Shown piece after piece: positions 53,508 to 62,643 of a stretch of 64,000 bases of DNA (positions are counted from its first letter, which is position 1; the number at the start of each line of letters is the position of its first letter). Under the pieces are notes generated by a model. It worked only from the letters and a program-made list of their open reading frames with translations, was not told where the DNA came from and did no database searches. A program made the position numbers and the translations under genes. The DNA comes from Oscillospiraceae bacterium (lineage in GTDB: Bacteria; Bacillota; Clostridia; UMGS1840; HGM11507): assembly GCA_015068665.1 (NCBI GenBank), contig SVKB01000011.1:4858-68857 (forward strand), in the 5' to 3' direction.

Positions 53508-55112
53508 TTAATATATATAATTTGCAGGGTTAAGAGTTTTTCCGTTAAGCCTTATTTCAAAGTGAAGATGCGGTCCGGTTGAATTACCCGTATTTCCCAC
53601 TCTTCCGATCATTTCGCCCTTTGCAACCTTTTTTCCGTTGGAAACGTTGATAGAGCTTAAATGAGCATAATAGGTAACATAGCCGTTACCGTGATTGATT
53701 TTGATAAGCTTTCCGTAGCCTCCACTCCAGCCGGCAAAGGAAACGGTTCCGCCGTCCGCCGCATAAACAGGGCTTCCGGATGCACCGGCTAAATCAAGAC
53801 CTGTATGGAAGCCTCTTGAACGGTTTCCGTAACGGGAGGTGATTGAGCCTGCCGCAAATGGATTTCTGAACTTACCGGTTGCCATATAAACGGGTCTTTT
53901 CTTTGTTCCCACCTTAACCTGTTTGGTAACAGGCTCCTTAAGAACCTCTTCGGCAGTGGCAATTCTTTCGGTGATAATGCCGTTTTCCTTGTAAACATCA
54001 TAGGAAACCTCTTTTTCACCGTACTCACCGTCCGAAACAACAATTGTTATTCCCGTATACTGAGTGGCATCCTTTATTTTATTTGTATCATAAGCGATTT
54101 TTTCAACCGCCGTAACAGCTTCCTTGGTTTTTACCGCAATTGCAGGAGTGGTGTCTGAAACATTAAGCTTCTGACCAATCTGCAGTCTTTCGGGGGTAAG
54201 TCCCGGATTCATATCAAGCACCTTTTGGGTAGTGGTGCCTGTAAGCTCGGCAATTTCCGAAATGGTTTCCCCTTCCTTTACGGTGTGGGTTTTAATTCCG
54301 CCAACCGGTGTTTTAAGGGCAACATAAGCATCCTCAAAGGGTAAAACGGAGTTTTTCGGAACTCTTGCGGAAACAATTTCAACATTCTTATTAAAGCCAA
54401 CCTCCAGGGTGGTTTCGCTTGTGAATTCCTTTTTGTAATCCTCTAAAAGCTTTTCAGCCTCTTCCTCGGTTTTAACAGCGGTTACAATAACACCCTCTGC
54501 ACTGATTCCGTAGGCATCCTGCCTTCCGTCATAAACTGCGGCAATGGCATTTTTCGCACAGGAGGCGGTAAGGAAATTATCTTTTGGAGAGATAACCGGA
54601 ATGATTTTCACATCCCCGATATCCGTAACCTTAAGGGCATCAAGTGCAATCCTTGCTTCCTCATAAGCATCAACCGCATCGCTTCTTTTGGCGGTAATTG
54701 CAACGGTTTTACCGTCACAGTTTATTCCGTAGCCAAAATCAAGACCGCTTCCTGCCCAGGCGCAGATAACAAGCACTAAGAATACGCCTGCGGCCATCTT
54801 ATCAAGCTTTACTATATCAAGATTTTTCAAAAAGCTGTATAAGCCTTCGCTTCCGATAAGCTCGGAAACTCTTTTTTTAGTGTTATTGTAAGAAGCCTTT
54901 ATTCTCTCAATAACCTTTTTAATGTCAAATTCTCTTACCTTATTTATAATATTTGTGAACTTACCTTTTATATCAACATTTTTTATGTGTGTTAAAACAT
55001 CTTTAATTCTTCCCTTTAAGTTCAACTCAGCTACCCTTGTAAAAGCCTTCTTGTAAATTTCCTTTGCCCCTTCAAAAAGCTTATACAAAGCCTCTTTCAG
55101 TTTACTTAACAA
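53508..55112 (-). CDS. M23 family peptidoglycan metalloendopeptidase with LysM domain
   Basis: 534 aa. TM anchor. LysM (HTVKEGETISEIAELTGTTTQKVLDMNPGL...IGQKLNV). M23 motifs HTGLDLAG and GNSTGPHLHFEIR. TTG start behind GAGGTG. Confidence 0.85.
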   Translation of the reverse strand: MLSKLKEALYKLFEGAKEIYKKAFTRVAELNLKGRIKDVLTHIKNVDIKGKFTNIINKVREFDIKKVIERIKASYNNTKKRVSELIGSEGLYSFLKNLDIVKLDKMAAGVFLVLVICAWAGSGLDFGYGINCDGKTVAITAKRSDAVDAYEEARIALDALKVTDIGDVKIIPVISPKDNFLTASCAKNAIAAVYDGRQDAYGISAEGVIVTAVKTEEEAEKLLEDYKKEFTSETTLEVGFNKNVEIVSARVPKNSVLPFEDAYVALKTPVGGIKTHTVKEGETISEIAELTGTTTQKVLDMNPGLTPERLQIGQKLNVSDTTPAIAVKTKEAVTAVEKIAYDTNKIKDATQYTGITIVVSDGEYGEKEVSYDVYKENGIITERIATAEEVLKEPVTKQVKVGTKKRPVYMATGKFRNPFAAGSITSRYGNRSRGFHTGLDLAGASGSPVYAADGGTVSFAGWSGGYGKLIKINHGNGYVTYYAHLSSINVSNGKKVAKGEMIGRVGNTGNSTGPHLHFEIRLNGKTLNPANYIY

Positions 55113-55281
55113 AGAATCACCTCTTCTTTCTTTTTCACCGATTTTTATTATTACTCAAATATTACTCAAATGTTACAAAAATATTTCACAAGGCAATTTT
55201 ACTACAATTTGGAAAAAAAATCAACCCCTTTTTAACATTTTCACATATTTTTCATAATATAATTCCTTGAGGTGAGGGTAT

Positions 55282-56442
55282 ATGACAGAGAGAATTTACA
55301 ATTATTTTACGGGCTGGGTCAGGGTGAAAATCACCACCTCACAGCCTGAGCGGTTTCTTAATATGGCGGTTATAAACAATATATATTTATGGGATATTGA
55401 ACGCCCTCTTTCCGGTGAAATTGTCTTTTCGGTATCTAAAAAGGGCTTTAAAAAATTAAGAAAAATTGTTTACAGTGTGAGAGGACGGGTTAAAATACTA
55501 AAAAAGAAGGGGCTTTTTTTATTTTTAAGAAAGCTTAAATCGAAAAAAATCATACTTTTCGGACTGATTCCTCTTATTATTATGATTGGCTTTTTATCCT
55601 CTTTAATACTTGAAATTGAAATTATCGGCAATAATTCGGTAAAAACTGACCTGGTTTTGGAAAAACTTCGTGAAATTAACTTGCAAAAATTCGCATTCCG
55701 AAGTAATATAGATAGTAACAGGATAGCTTTGAAGCTTACAAGGGAAATAAACGAAATTGCCTGGGTGGGAGTATATGAAAAGGGAACACGGCTTACCGTT
55801 GAAATAAAGGAAAGACGGCTTCCCCCTGAAATCGTCCCCAAAAACACGCCCTGCAACATAGTTGCAAAAAAGGACGGAGTCATAAGAGAGCTTACGGTTG
55901 AAAACGGTGAGGCACTTGTAAAAGCAGGGGATGTGGTAAAAAAAGGGCAGGTAATTATATCGGGGCTTCTTATCTCACCTATGGAGGGGCTTCGCTTTCT
56001 TCATTCAATGGGCTCGGTAAAGGCAGAAACCTTTTACGAAAATTCTCTTGATATTAAGCTTTACGAATACAGGAAAAAATATACCGGTAAAAGCTTTTAC
56101 AAGCTTTATTTAAAGGATTATGATTTAATGCCCGGCAGGATAATTCCCTTTTATAACTATGATGAGGAGGTAAAGCGCTATACCCTTTCCCTTCTTGATA
56201 TACGGCTTAAAAAATACCGTGAATACACCCTGGAAAAAGAAAGTGTGTCACGGGAGGAGGCAATAAAAAAGGGGAAAATTGCACTTGAACAGGAGCTTTA
56301 TTCATTATATAATAAGGAAAGTATAATAAATACGGGATATAATATGGAAGATATAGACAAAGAAACCGTAAGACTTACAATAAATGCCTCAGTGAATGAG
56401 GATATAGGACTACAAAGGATAATAAGAAAGGAAAACAATTAA
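55282..56442 (+). CDS. yqfD: Sporulation protein YqfD
   Basis: 386 aa. N-terminus ...YNYFTGWVRVKITTSQPERFLNMAVINNIYLWDIE and a central TM helix, typical of YqfD. Confidence 0.85.
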   Translation: MTERIYNYFTGWVRVKITTSQPERFLNMAVINNIYLWDIERPLSGEIVFSVSKKGFKKLRKIVYSVRGRVKILKKKGLFLFLRKLKSKKIILFGLIPLIIMIGFLSSLILEIEIIGNNSVKTDLVLEKLREINLQKFAFRSNIDSNRIALKLTREINEIAWVGVYEKGTRLTVEIKERRLPPEIVPKNTPCNIVAKKDGVIRELTVENGEALVKAGDVVKKGQVIISGLLISPMEGLRFLHSMGSVKAETFYENSLDIKLYEYRKKYTGKSFYKLYLKDYDLMPGRIIPFYNYDEEVKRYTLSLLDIRLKKYREYTLEKESVSREEAIKKGKIALEQELYSLYNKESIINTGYNMEDIDKETVRLTINASVNEDIGLQRIIRKENN

Positions 56443-57392
56443 TGGCTGAAATTATGATTGAGGCTTATTCGGTAGAAGGAATAAGCAACCTTTTCGGGAA
56501 TTTCGATTTCAACATCCGACTGATTGAACGGGAATATGACGTTAAAATTACCAACCGTGATACCTTAATAAAAATAGAAGGGGAAAACAGCGAGGCGGCA
56601 AAGGCTCTTATTATGGAGCTTTTAGAGCTTTCAAAAAAGGGTGAGGTAATTGACGAGCAGAAAATAAGAATGCTTAAAAACGCCCTTGATGAAAACTATA
56701 CACAGCTTGTCCGCGAGCTTTCGGATGACTGTATCTGCCATTCTGCCTCGGGAACTCCCATAAAGCCAAAAACAGTAGGTCAGAAAAACTATGTTGAGGC
56801 TATAAAGAATAATATTATAACAGTAGGCGTGGGACCTGCCGGAACAGGTAAAACCTATCTTGCGGTTGCCATGGCGGTTGTGGCATTCAAGAAAAAGGAA
56901 ATAAACAGAATTATCTTAACAAGACCTGCAGTTGAGGCAGGGGAAAGCCTTGGGTTTCTTCCCGGGGATTTACAGGAGAAGGTTGATCCTTACTTAAGAC
57001 CTCTTTACGATGCCCTTTTTGAAATGCTGGGCGGAGAAAACTTTACCGCATACCAGGAAAAGGGGATGATTGAGGTTGCCCCCCTTGCTTATATGAGAGG
57101 AAGAACCCTGGACAACAGCTTTATAATACTTGACGAGGCACAGAATACCACCAAGGAGCAGATGAAAATGTTCTTAACCCGTATCGGCTTTAATTCAAAG
57201 GCGGTAATCACCGGGGATATAACACAGATTGACCTGCCCGGCGGTAAGGTTTCAGGTCTTAAGGATGCCATAAGAGTTATAAAAAACATTGAGGGAATTG
57301 AAATATTCAATTTAACCGACAGGGATGTTGTCCGTCATCCTCTTATCCAGAAGATTATCAAGGCTTATGAAAGGGCGGATTCAAAGAAATGA
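56442..57392 (+). CDS. phoH: PhoH family ATPase
   Basis: 316 aa. GPAGTGKTYLAVA Walker A, ILDEAQN Walker B, ITGDITQIDLP. Confidence 0.95.
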   Translation: MAEIMIEAYSVEGISNLFGNFDFNIRLIEREYDVKITNRDTLIKIEGENSEAAKALIMELLELSKKGEVIDEQKIRMLKNALDENYTQLVRELSDDCICHSASGTPIKPKTVGQKNYVEAIKNNIITVGVGPAGTGKTYLAVAMAVVAFKKKEINRIILTRPAVEAGESLGFLPGDLQEKVDPYLRPLYDALFEMLGGENFTAYQEKGMIEVAPLAYMRGRTLDNSFIILDEAQNTTKEQMKMFLTRIGFNSKAVITGDITQIDLPGGKVSGLKDAIRVIKNIEGIEIFNLTDRDVVRHPLIQKIIKAYERADSKK

Positions 57393-57868
57393 ACTATATA
57401 GACATTGATATTGAGGAGGGCGTTGAGTTTCCCGAAACCTCACAAAATACCGTCAATGAGGTTATAAAAAGAGTTATAGAAACTGAAAAGCTTCCTTTTT
57501 CGGTATATATATCGGTTATGATAGTATCGGCAGATACAATTAAGGAAATAAACGCCGCCGAAAGAGGGATTGACAGGGTTACCGACGTTTTATCCTTCCC
57601 TGCCCTTGATTATGATAGGGAATACAGGCTTACCCGGGCTCCGGGTCCCCAGGATATGGTGCCTGAATATGAGGCGGTATATTTAGGGGATATGGTTATC
57701 TGCGACGATAAAATAAAGGAGCAGGCAAAGGAATACTGCCATTCCTACGAAAGAGAACTTTCCTATCTTACCGTTCACTCAATGTATCATCTTTTAGGCT
57801 ATGACCATGAGGATGAGGCGATGAAGAAGGATATGCGAAAAAAAGAGGAGAATATATTAAAAAAATGA
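57389..57868 (+). CDS. ybeY: rRNA maturation endoribonuclease YbeY
   Basis: 159 aa. The HSMYHLLGYDH zinc motif (HxxxHxxGxxH). Confidence 0.95.
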   Translation: MNYIDIDIEEGVEFPETSQNTVNEVIKRVIETEKLPFSVYISVMIVSADTIKEINAAERGIDRVTDVLSFPALDYDREYRLTRAPGPQDMVPEYEAVYLGDMVICDDKIKEQAKEYCHSYERELSYLTVHSMYHLLGYDHEDEAMKKDMRKKEENILKK

Positions 57869-58389
57869 ACGCGATTAAACATTTTATAACTATTACGAAA
57901 CACCGTCACAAGGTGTTTTCCCACGCTGTGAAGGCAGGAATTCCCTTCCGTGGGCTTATTCACGACCTTTCCAAATACTCTCCCACCGAATTTATTACCG
58001 GGATAAAGTATTATAAAGGAACAAGAAGCCCCAATGACGGTGAGCGTGCAGCCTACGGCTATTCAAAGGCGTGGATGCATCATAAGGGCAGAAACAAGCA
58101 CCATTTTGAATACTGGACCGACTATGAGCCCGGTACAAAGAAGTTAAGACCGGTTAAAATGCCGGTTAAGTTCTTAAAGGAAATGTTCTGTGACCGTGTT
58201 GCCGCAAGCAAGATTTATAACAAGGATAAATATACCGACGGTGATTCTTACGATTATTATATGAGAGGTAAGGACCAGAGGTATATCCACCCCGAAACGG
58301 CGGCAATGCTTGAAAAGCTCCTTCTTATGCTTAAGGAGGAGGGGGAGGAAAAAACCTTCAGATACTTAAAATCTCTCAAGGAGTATTGA
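57865..58389 (+). CDS. Conserved hypothetical protein (DUF5662-like, His-rich)
   Basis: 174 aa. Translationally coupled to ybeY. Motifs HDLSKY and WMHHKGRNKHHFEYW. The family assignment is from memory only. Confidence 0.5.
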   Translation: MNAIKHFITITKHRHKVFSHAVKAGIPFRGLIHDLSKYSPTEFITGIKYYKGTRSPNDGERAAYGYSKAWMHHKGRNKHHFEYWTDYEPGTKKLRPVKMPVKFLKEMFCDRVAASKIYNKDKYTDGDSYDYYMRGKDQRYIHPETAAMLEKLLLMLKEEGEEKTFRYLKSLKEY

Positions 58390-58390
58390 T

Positions 58391-59128
58391 ATGGATAAAA
58401 TTTACGGAAGAAACCCCGTTTCCGAGCTTATAAAATCGGGCGGAGATATTGATAAGCTGTATGTTAATAAGGAGCTTATGGACGGCTCCTTAAGAAGCAT
58501 TGTTAAAATGGCGCAGGAGAAAAGAATTATCATTTCCTACTGTACAAGGGAAAAGCTTGATGAATTAAGCGAAACCACCAAGCATCAGGGAATTGTTGCA
58601 TTGGTTCCTCAGACGGAATATGCATCAGTAGAGGATATATTAGCTTATGCCCATAAAAAAAATGAGGCGCCCTTTATCTTTATACTTGATGAAATTGAGG
58701 ACCCCCATAATTTAGGCGCAATAATAAGAACCGCAAATGTATGCGGTGCCCACGGAGTAGTTATTCCGAAAAGAAGAAGCGCAACAGTTAACGGCACGGT
58801 TGCAAAGGCTTCTGCAGGAGCGGTTTCATCCACACTTATTGCAAGGGTGAATAATATTTCAAATACCATTGCCGCCCTTAAAAAGGAAAATATCTGGATT
58901 TACGGTATGGAGGCTGACGGAGATAAAATGTACTATGAGCATGACTTAACCGGCGCAATTGCCATCGTGGTAGGCTCGGAGGGCTTCGGAATGAGCCAGT
59001 TGGTCAGAAAATCCTGCGATTTTACCGTAAAAATCCCGGTTCTCGGCACAGTTAATTCCCTTAATGCCTCGGTTGCAACGGGAGTTGTAGCCTTTGAAGC
59101 CTTAAGACAAAGACTTTCGGGAAAGTAA
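58391..59128 (+). CDS. rlmB: 23S rRNA (guanosine2251-2'-O)-methyltransferase RlmB (SpoU/TrmH family)
   Basis: 245 aa. IYGRNPV, LDEIEDPHNLGAIIRTA, VVGSEGFGM and NSLNASVA motifs. Confidence 0.85.
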   Translation: MDKIYGRNPVSELIKSGGDIDKLYVNKELMDGSLRSIVKMAQEKRIIISYCTREKLDELSETTKHQGIVALVPQTEYASVEDILAYAHKKNEAPFIFILDEIEDPHNLGAIIRTANVCGAHGVVIPKRRSATVNGTVAKASAGAVSSTLIARVNNISNTIAALKKENIWIYGMEADGDKMYYEHDLTGAIAIVVGSEGFGMSQLVRKSCDFTVKIPVLGTVNSLNASVATGVVAFEALRQRLSGK

Positions 59129-59150
59129 AAACCCTGAAATTCTGGGTAGC

Positions 59151-59232
59151 GGGAGGCAAAAACGCAGGGAGTATCAGGATATTTCCGAGGCTTTTAACGA
59201 AGTAATATCGGAAATTTACAATTTTAAAGAAG
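59151..59232 (+). repeat. Solo fragment homologous to the interior of the 52536-52809 MITE
   Basis: GAGGCAAAAACGCAGG..CCGAGG(C/A)TTTTAACGA..AAATTTACAATTT aligns with 52706-52788. No terminal repeats seen here. Confidence 0.5.
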
Positions 59233-59309
59233 TTTTAAAGTTTTTGTAACGCTCCTGTAACAATTATATAGTATAATGGTATCAGAAAGATAGATTGGAG
59301 GCGTACCGC

Positions 59310-59753
59310 ATGAGAAAGATTATAGCATTTGTTATTTTATTTGTACTTGCATTTTCTTGTATGAATGTGTTTGCAGCGCCTGAAACAATCAATCCTGCCG
59401 ATGCGGTAAGCAATGTGTCGGGAATTCTGACTGTTACCAATCCGTCAACCCAGAGCATATCCTCTTATGACAGATCTCATAATATTTCGGGATATGCAGC
59501 TGCAGGTGCAGAAATATCAATCTATTCCCTTAATAACGGAGTTTACACACTGTTACATAAGAATGAGGCGCCCGTTTCCTTTATCTGCGGTGCTTCCGGA
59601 ATGTTCATAAGTCCCATCAGTCTTCAGTATGGCAGAAATGATATTTTAGTTCGTGCTCAGATTGACGGAAAGGTTCAATATGCTGCAAAAACTATCACTG
59701 TATTGAGTCCTAACCTGTTTAATTTATTTAGAGGATTTAAGTTGTTCTCATGA
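59310..59753 (+). CDS. Small secreted protein of unknown function
   Basis: MRKIIAFVILFVLAFSCMNVFA signal peptide behind GGAGG. 147 aa, beta-rich. Translationally coupled to the YycH-like gene. Confidence 0.6.
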   Translation: MRKIIAFVILFVLAFSCMNVFAAPETINPADAVSNVSGILTVTNPSTQSISSYDRSHNISGYAAAGAEISIYSLNNGVYTLLHKNEAPVSFICGASGMFISPISLQYGRNDILVRAQIDGKVQYAAKTITVLSPNLFNLFRGFKLFS

Positions 59754-61174
59754 AGCTAAAAGAAACAGTTAAAACAATTATTTTGACAGGGCTGGTTATA
59801 TCGGCCCTTGTTTTGTCGTTTAATATATGGTTTTCGGAAGGATTATGGCCGGATGGCTATAATTCTTTTTTCTCTGAAATTTTCTCAGTTTTCAAAAACA
59901 ATCAGGCGGAGTCTCTGGACCTTTCCCGTATCTACTACCCCAAGCAGATAATGGTAACCGATACTGACCGTTCCGAGATAATTTCAACAAATAATTCAAA
60001 ATATGACGAGCTTAACGAGCTTTTGAAAAATCACATAAAAACAGCGGTTATATCCAATGAAATCAGCGATTCCGATGACGAGGAATATAAGAAGGCATGT
60101 AATGAAAAGGGCCTTTTTATAGGTCTTTACAGCTACATTTCCTTTGATATGCTGGCGGATTACTATGAGGTGCCTATTACAAATAAAATTCTTGATATAA
60201 ACCATGTTAAAAACATTTTATTCTCACCCGCATCCGACGGTCAGAGCTTTGAAATTTATGTGAAAAACAGCGAAACGGGTAAGGTTTATAAAATGTCTGC
60301 GAAAGAGGATATAAGTAAGCTTGTTTCAATCACCGATAAAATCCTCTCCTCACTTCATGACGGTGAGGTGGCGGCAGCCTTTGCCTTTGAAAATAATTTT
60401 GATAAGAAGAATGAGAATGAAAAGGATAAAATTCTTCTTGACTCCTATATGCTGATAAATCTTAACGAAATGAAGATGCCGGAAATTTCTCCCATTATCC
60501 TTATGGATATTGAGAATGACTTTTCCAATGAGTCCTACGATAAAATTTCAAGATATTTCAATGTTAACACAGGTACCGCACGTCGCTTTACCGATACCGA
60601 CGGCACGGTAAATTTAATTGAAAACTTCGGAACCTTAAAATTCTCTACCGACGGACTTTTGGAATACACCTCCATTGACAGCGGTATTGATATGGGTATT
60701 GATATAAATACCGACTATGATGCGGTCAAGCTTGCAGGGGAATTTACCGAGGGAGTAAACAACCTGTTCAGTCTGCCGGAGCATAATTCCTATGTGTTTG
60801 CAGGAGTAACCTATAAGGAAAATATATATACTGTAAGCTTTGATATTTTATATAAGGGTGTTCCCGTTGTGCTTTCAAGGGCACTTTCCAATAAGGAAAC
60901 TCTTAACCATCCGATTGAAGTTAAAATTTTAAACGGCAAAATCATCTCCTACCGACAGCTGTTTAACGGCTTTAAGCGCTCGTCCCAGGAGGCGGTTGTG
61001 CCCAATATGATTTCGGTGCTGGATAAATTCTATACTCTTTACGATATAAAGAGCAATCCCCAGGTTATCATAAATGATATATACAGTATTTATCACTATG
61101 ATACCAACTCTTCCCAGGTTAAAGCGGGTAACGGAGTTTTACTGTCCGACGGAAAGGTTGTGATTGTTGAGTGA
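59750..61174 (+). CDS. YycH-like two-component regulatory accessory protein
   Basis: 474 aa. The N-terminus KETVKTIILTGLVISALVLSFNIW resembles the Bacillus YycH anchor. The rest is extracytoplasmic. Confidence 0.6.
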   Translation: MKLKETVKTIILTGLVISALVLSFNIWFSEGLWPDGYNSFFSEIFSVFKNNQAESLDLSRIYYPKQIMVTDTDRSEIISTNNSKYDELNELLKNHIKTAVISNEISDSDDEEYKKACNEKGLFIGLYSYISFDMLADYYEVPITNKILDINHVKNILFSPASDGQSFEIYVKNSETGKVYKMSAKEDISKLVSITDKILSSLHDGEVAAAFAFENNFDKKNENEKDKILLDSYMLINLNEMKMPEISPIILMDIENDFSNESYDKISRYFNVNTGTARRFTDTDGTVNLIENFGTLKFSTDGLLEYTSIDSGIDMGIDINTDYDAVKLAGEFTEGVNNLFSLPEHNSYVFAGVTYKENIYTVSFDILYKGVPVVLSRALSNKETLNHPIEVKILNGKIISYRQLFNGFKRSSQEAVVPNMISVLDKFYTLYDIKSNPQVIINDIYSIYHYDTNSSQVKAGNGVLLSDGKVVIVE

Positions 61175-62037
61175 ACTTTAAAAGAGCAAAAACAATACTT
61201 ATAGTTATCTTCCTGTTCGTCAATATATTTTTAATTGTAATTAACAATCTTTTCTATGAATCGGATATAACAGTTGATACAAAAACAGTTATCAGCATTC
61301 TGTCAAAATCGGGAATCTCGCTTAATGAGGATATTTTAAAGGAATATCCGGTCTCGGTTCCAAGAGTTGAAGTTGAAAATGTTGCTGCCGATGAAAATAA
61401 GCTTGCTACCCTGCTTTTAGGTAAAGGCTATAACAGCTCCAAGGAGCATTACTACTCGGGCGAGGGTGCAGCCCTTACCGTCAGTGAGCTTTCGGTTGAC
61501 TACAAGGTGGTTGAGCCCAAGGATAAATCCTTTAAGGATATAAGCCCCTTAAATGCAGGCAATAAGGCACTGAAAAAGCTTAATAAAAAGGGAATTGGTG
61601 AATCGGCACTTGAGGTTGAGAATATTTCCGATAACGGAAACAATAACTACTATGTAACTCTTTCTTATAAGTTTGAGGAATATCCCCTTTTCAATAATCA
61701 TCTCTATGTAACTGTTACCGACAGGGGAATTCTTGCAATGAAGGGTACTGTTATTGATTTTAATGAAATAAAAAACGAGGATTATAAAATAATCCCCGCC
61801 GCAAACATACTTCTCGAGCTTCCTTCCAACCCCGATTTAAAGAATGTGGATAAAAATCCTGAAGTAACGGGCATCCGACTGGGATATTTCCTGCCTATGG
61901 GTAAAGGGGAAGCATCAATCTATGCAATTCCCGCCTATGAGATTGAGATAAGCAATAAAAAAATTTATTACTATGATGCCAGGGAAAATATAAGCTCGGA
62001 TGTAATATTGTTGGGAAGCATAAACGCCATCAAGTAA
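61171..62037 (+). CDS. YycI-like regulatory accessory protein
   Basis: 288 aa. GTGA overlap with the preceding gene. The N-terminus NFKRAKTILIVIFLFVNIFL resembles YycI. Confidence 0.55.
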   Translation: MNFKRAKTILIVIFLFVNIFLIVINNLFYESDITVDTKTVISILSKSGISLNEDILKEYPVSVPRVEVENVAADENKLATLLLGKGYNSSKEHYYSGEGAALTVSELSVDYKVVEPKDKSFKDISPLNAGNKALKKLNKKGIGESALEVENISDNGNNNYYVTLSYKFEEYPLFNNHLYVTVTDRGILAMKGTVIDFNEIKNEDYKIIPAANILLELPSNPDLKNVDKNPEVTGIRLGYFLPMGKGEASIYAIPAYEIEISNKKIYYYDARENISSDVILLGSINAIK

Positions 62038-62317
62038 AAAAGCGTAAAAATTACCCAGACCACGCAAAGCAAAATAATATAAATAGTAAATGTGTCTGTA
62101 TAATATACAGGCACATTTATTTATAGTTTACATTAATAAATTAAGGTATAAATTTGCAAGCAAATTTATGTTTTTAAATGCTTTGCGTTATAAATGAAAA
62201 ACACCTCTCGATGTATCTCATACACCTTCGGGTGTTTTTCATTTATTCCAGGAAATTTTTCCTGCTTTTCGTTTGATATTGGCGGCATCGAGCCACCAAT
62301 ATCAAAAAAAGCGTTAA
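62038..62317 (+). repeat. T-type unit starting at the yycI-like stop codon
   Basis: AAAAAGCGTAAAAATT... 14-bp hairpin at 62088-62118, AAATTTGCAAGCAAATTT, R junction at 62195-62241 (outer stem TGAAAAAC/GTTTTTCA), GCATCGAGCC-loop hairpin at about 62264-62312. Confidence 0.8.
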
Positions 62318-62575
62318 AATTCCCCGGACTTTGCAAAGCGGAGCTTTGCAGTTTTATTCGCCTTACGGCGAGTGATATTTGCTGTTAGCAAGTGATATTG
62401 CTGCGCAGTGGTATTGTGCTTCGCACAGCTTAATAAAGGCGGATAAAATACCACTGAAACCGTCAGGTTTCAATAACACTTTTGATTTATCAAAAATATC
62501 ACTCCGTACAAGGTACGGAATAACACTAATGTTAAAGGCGCTTGATAAAATAAGGAATAAATCGCAAAGCAAAAT
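62318..62575 (+). repeat. GTGATAT dyad bead array (Q)
   Basis: GTGATAT at 62372 and 62392, GTGGTAT at 62408. Then ATAACAC at 62473, ATATCAC at 62496 and ATAACAC at 62520. All intervening hairpins differ from one another. Confidence 0.85.
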
Positions 62576-62643
62576 AATATAAAGAGTAAAATGTGTCTGT
62601 ATCATATACAGGCACATTTATTTATAGTCTATATTAATATATT
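62576..62643 (+). repeat. Partial T unit with 14-bp hairpin (62589-62619)
   Basis: AAAATAATATAAAGAGTAAAATGTGTCTGTATCATATACAGGCACATTTATTTATAG, as in 51965-52020. Confidence 0.75.
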
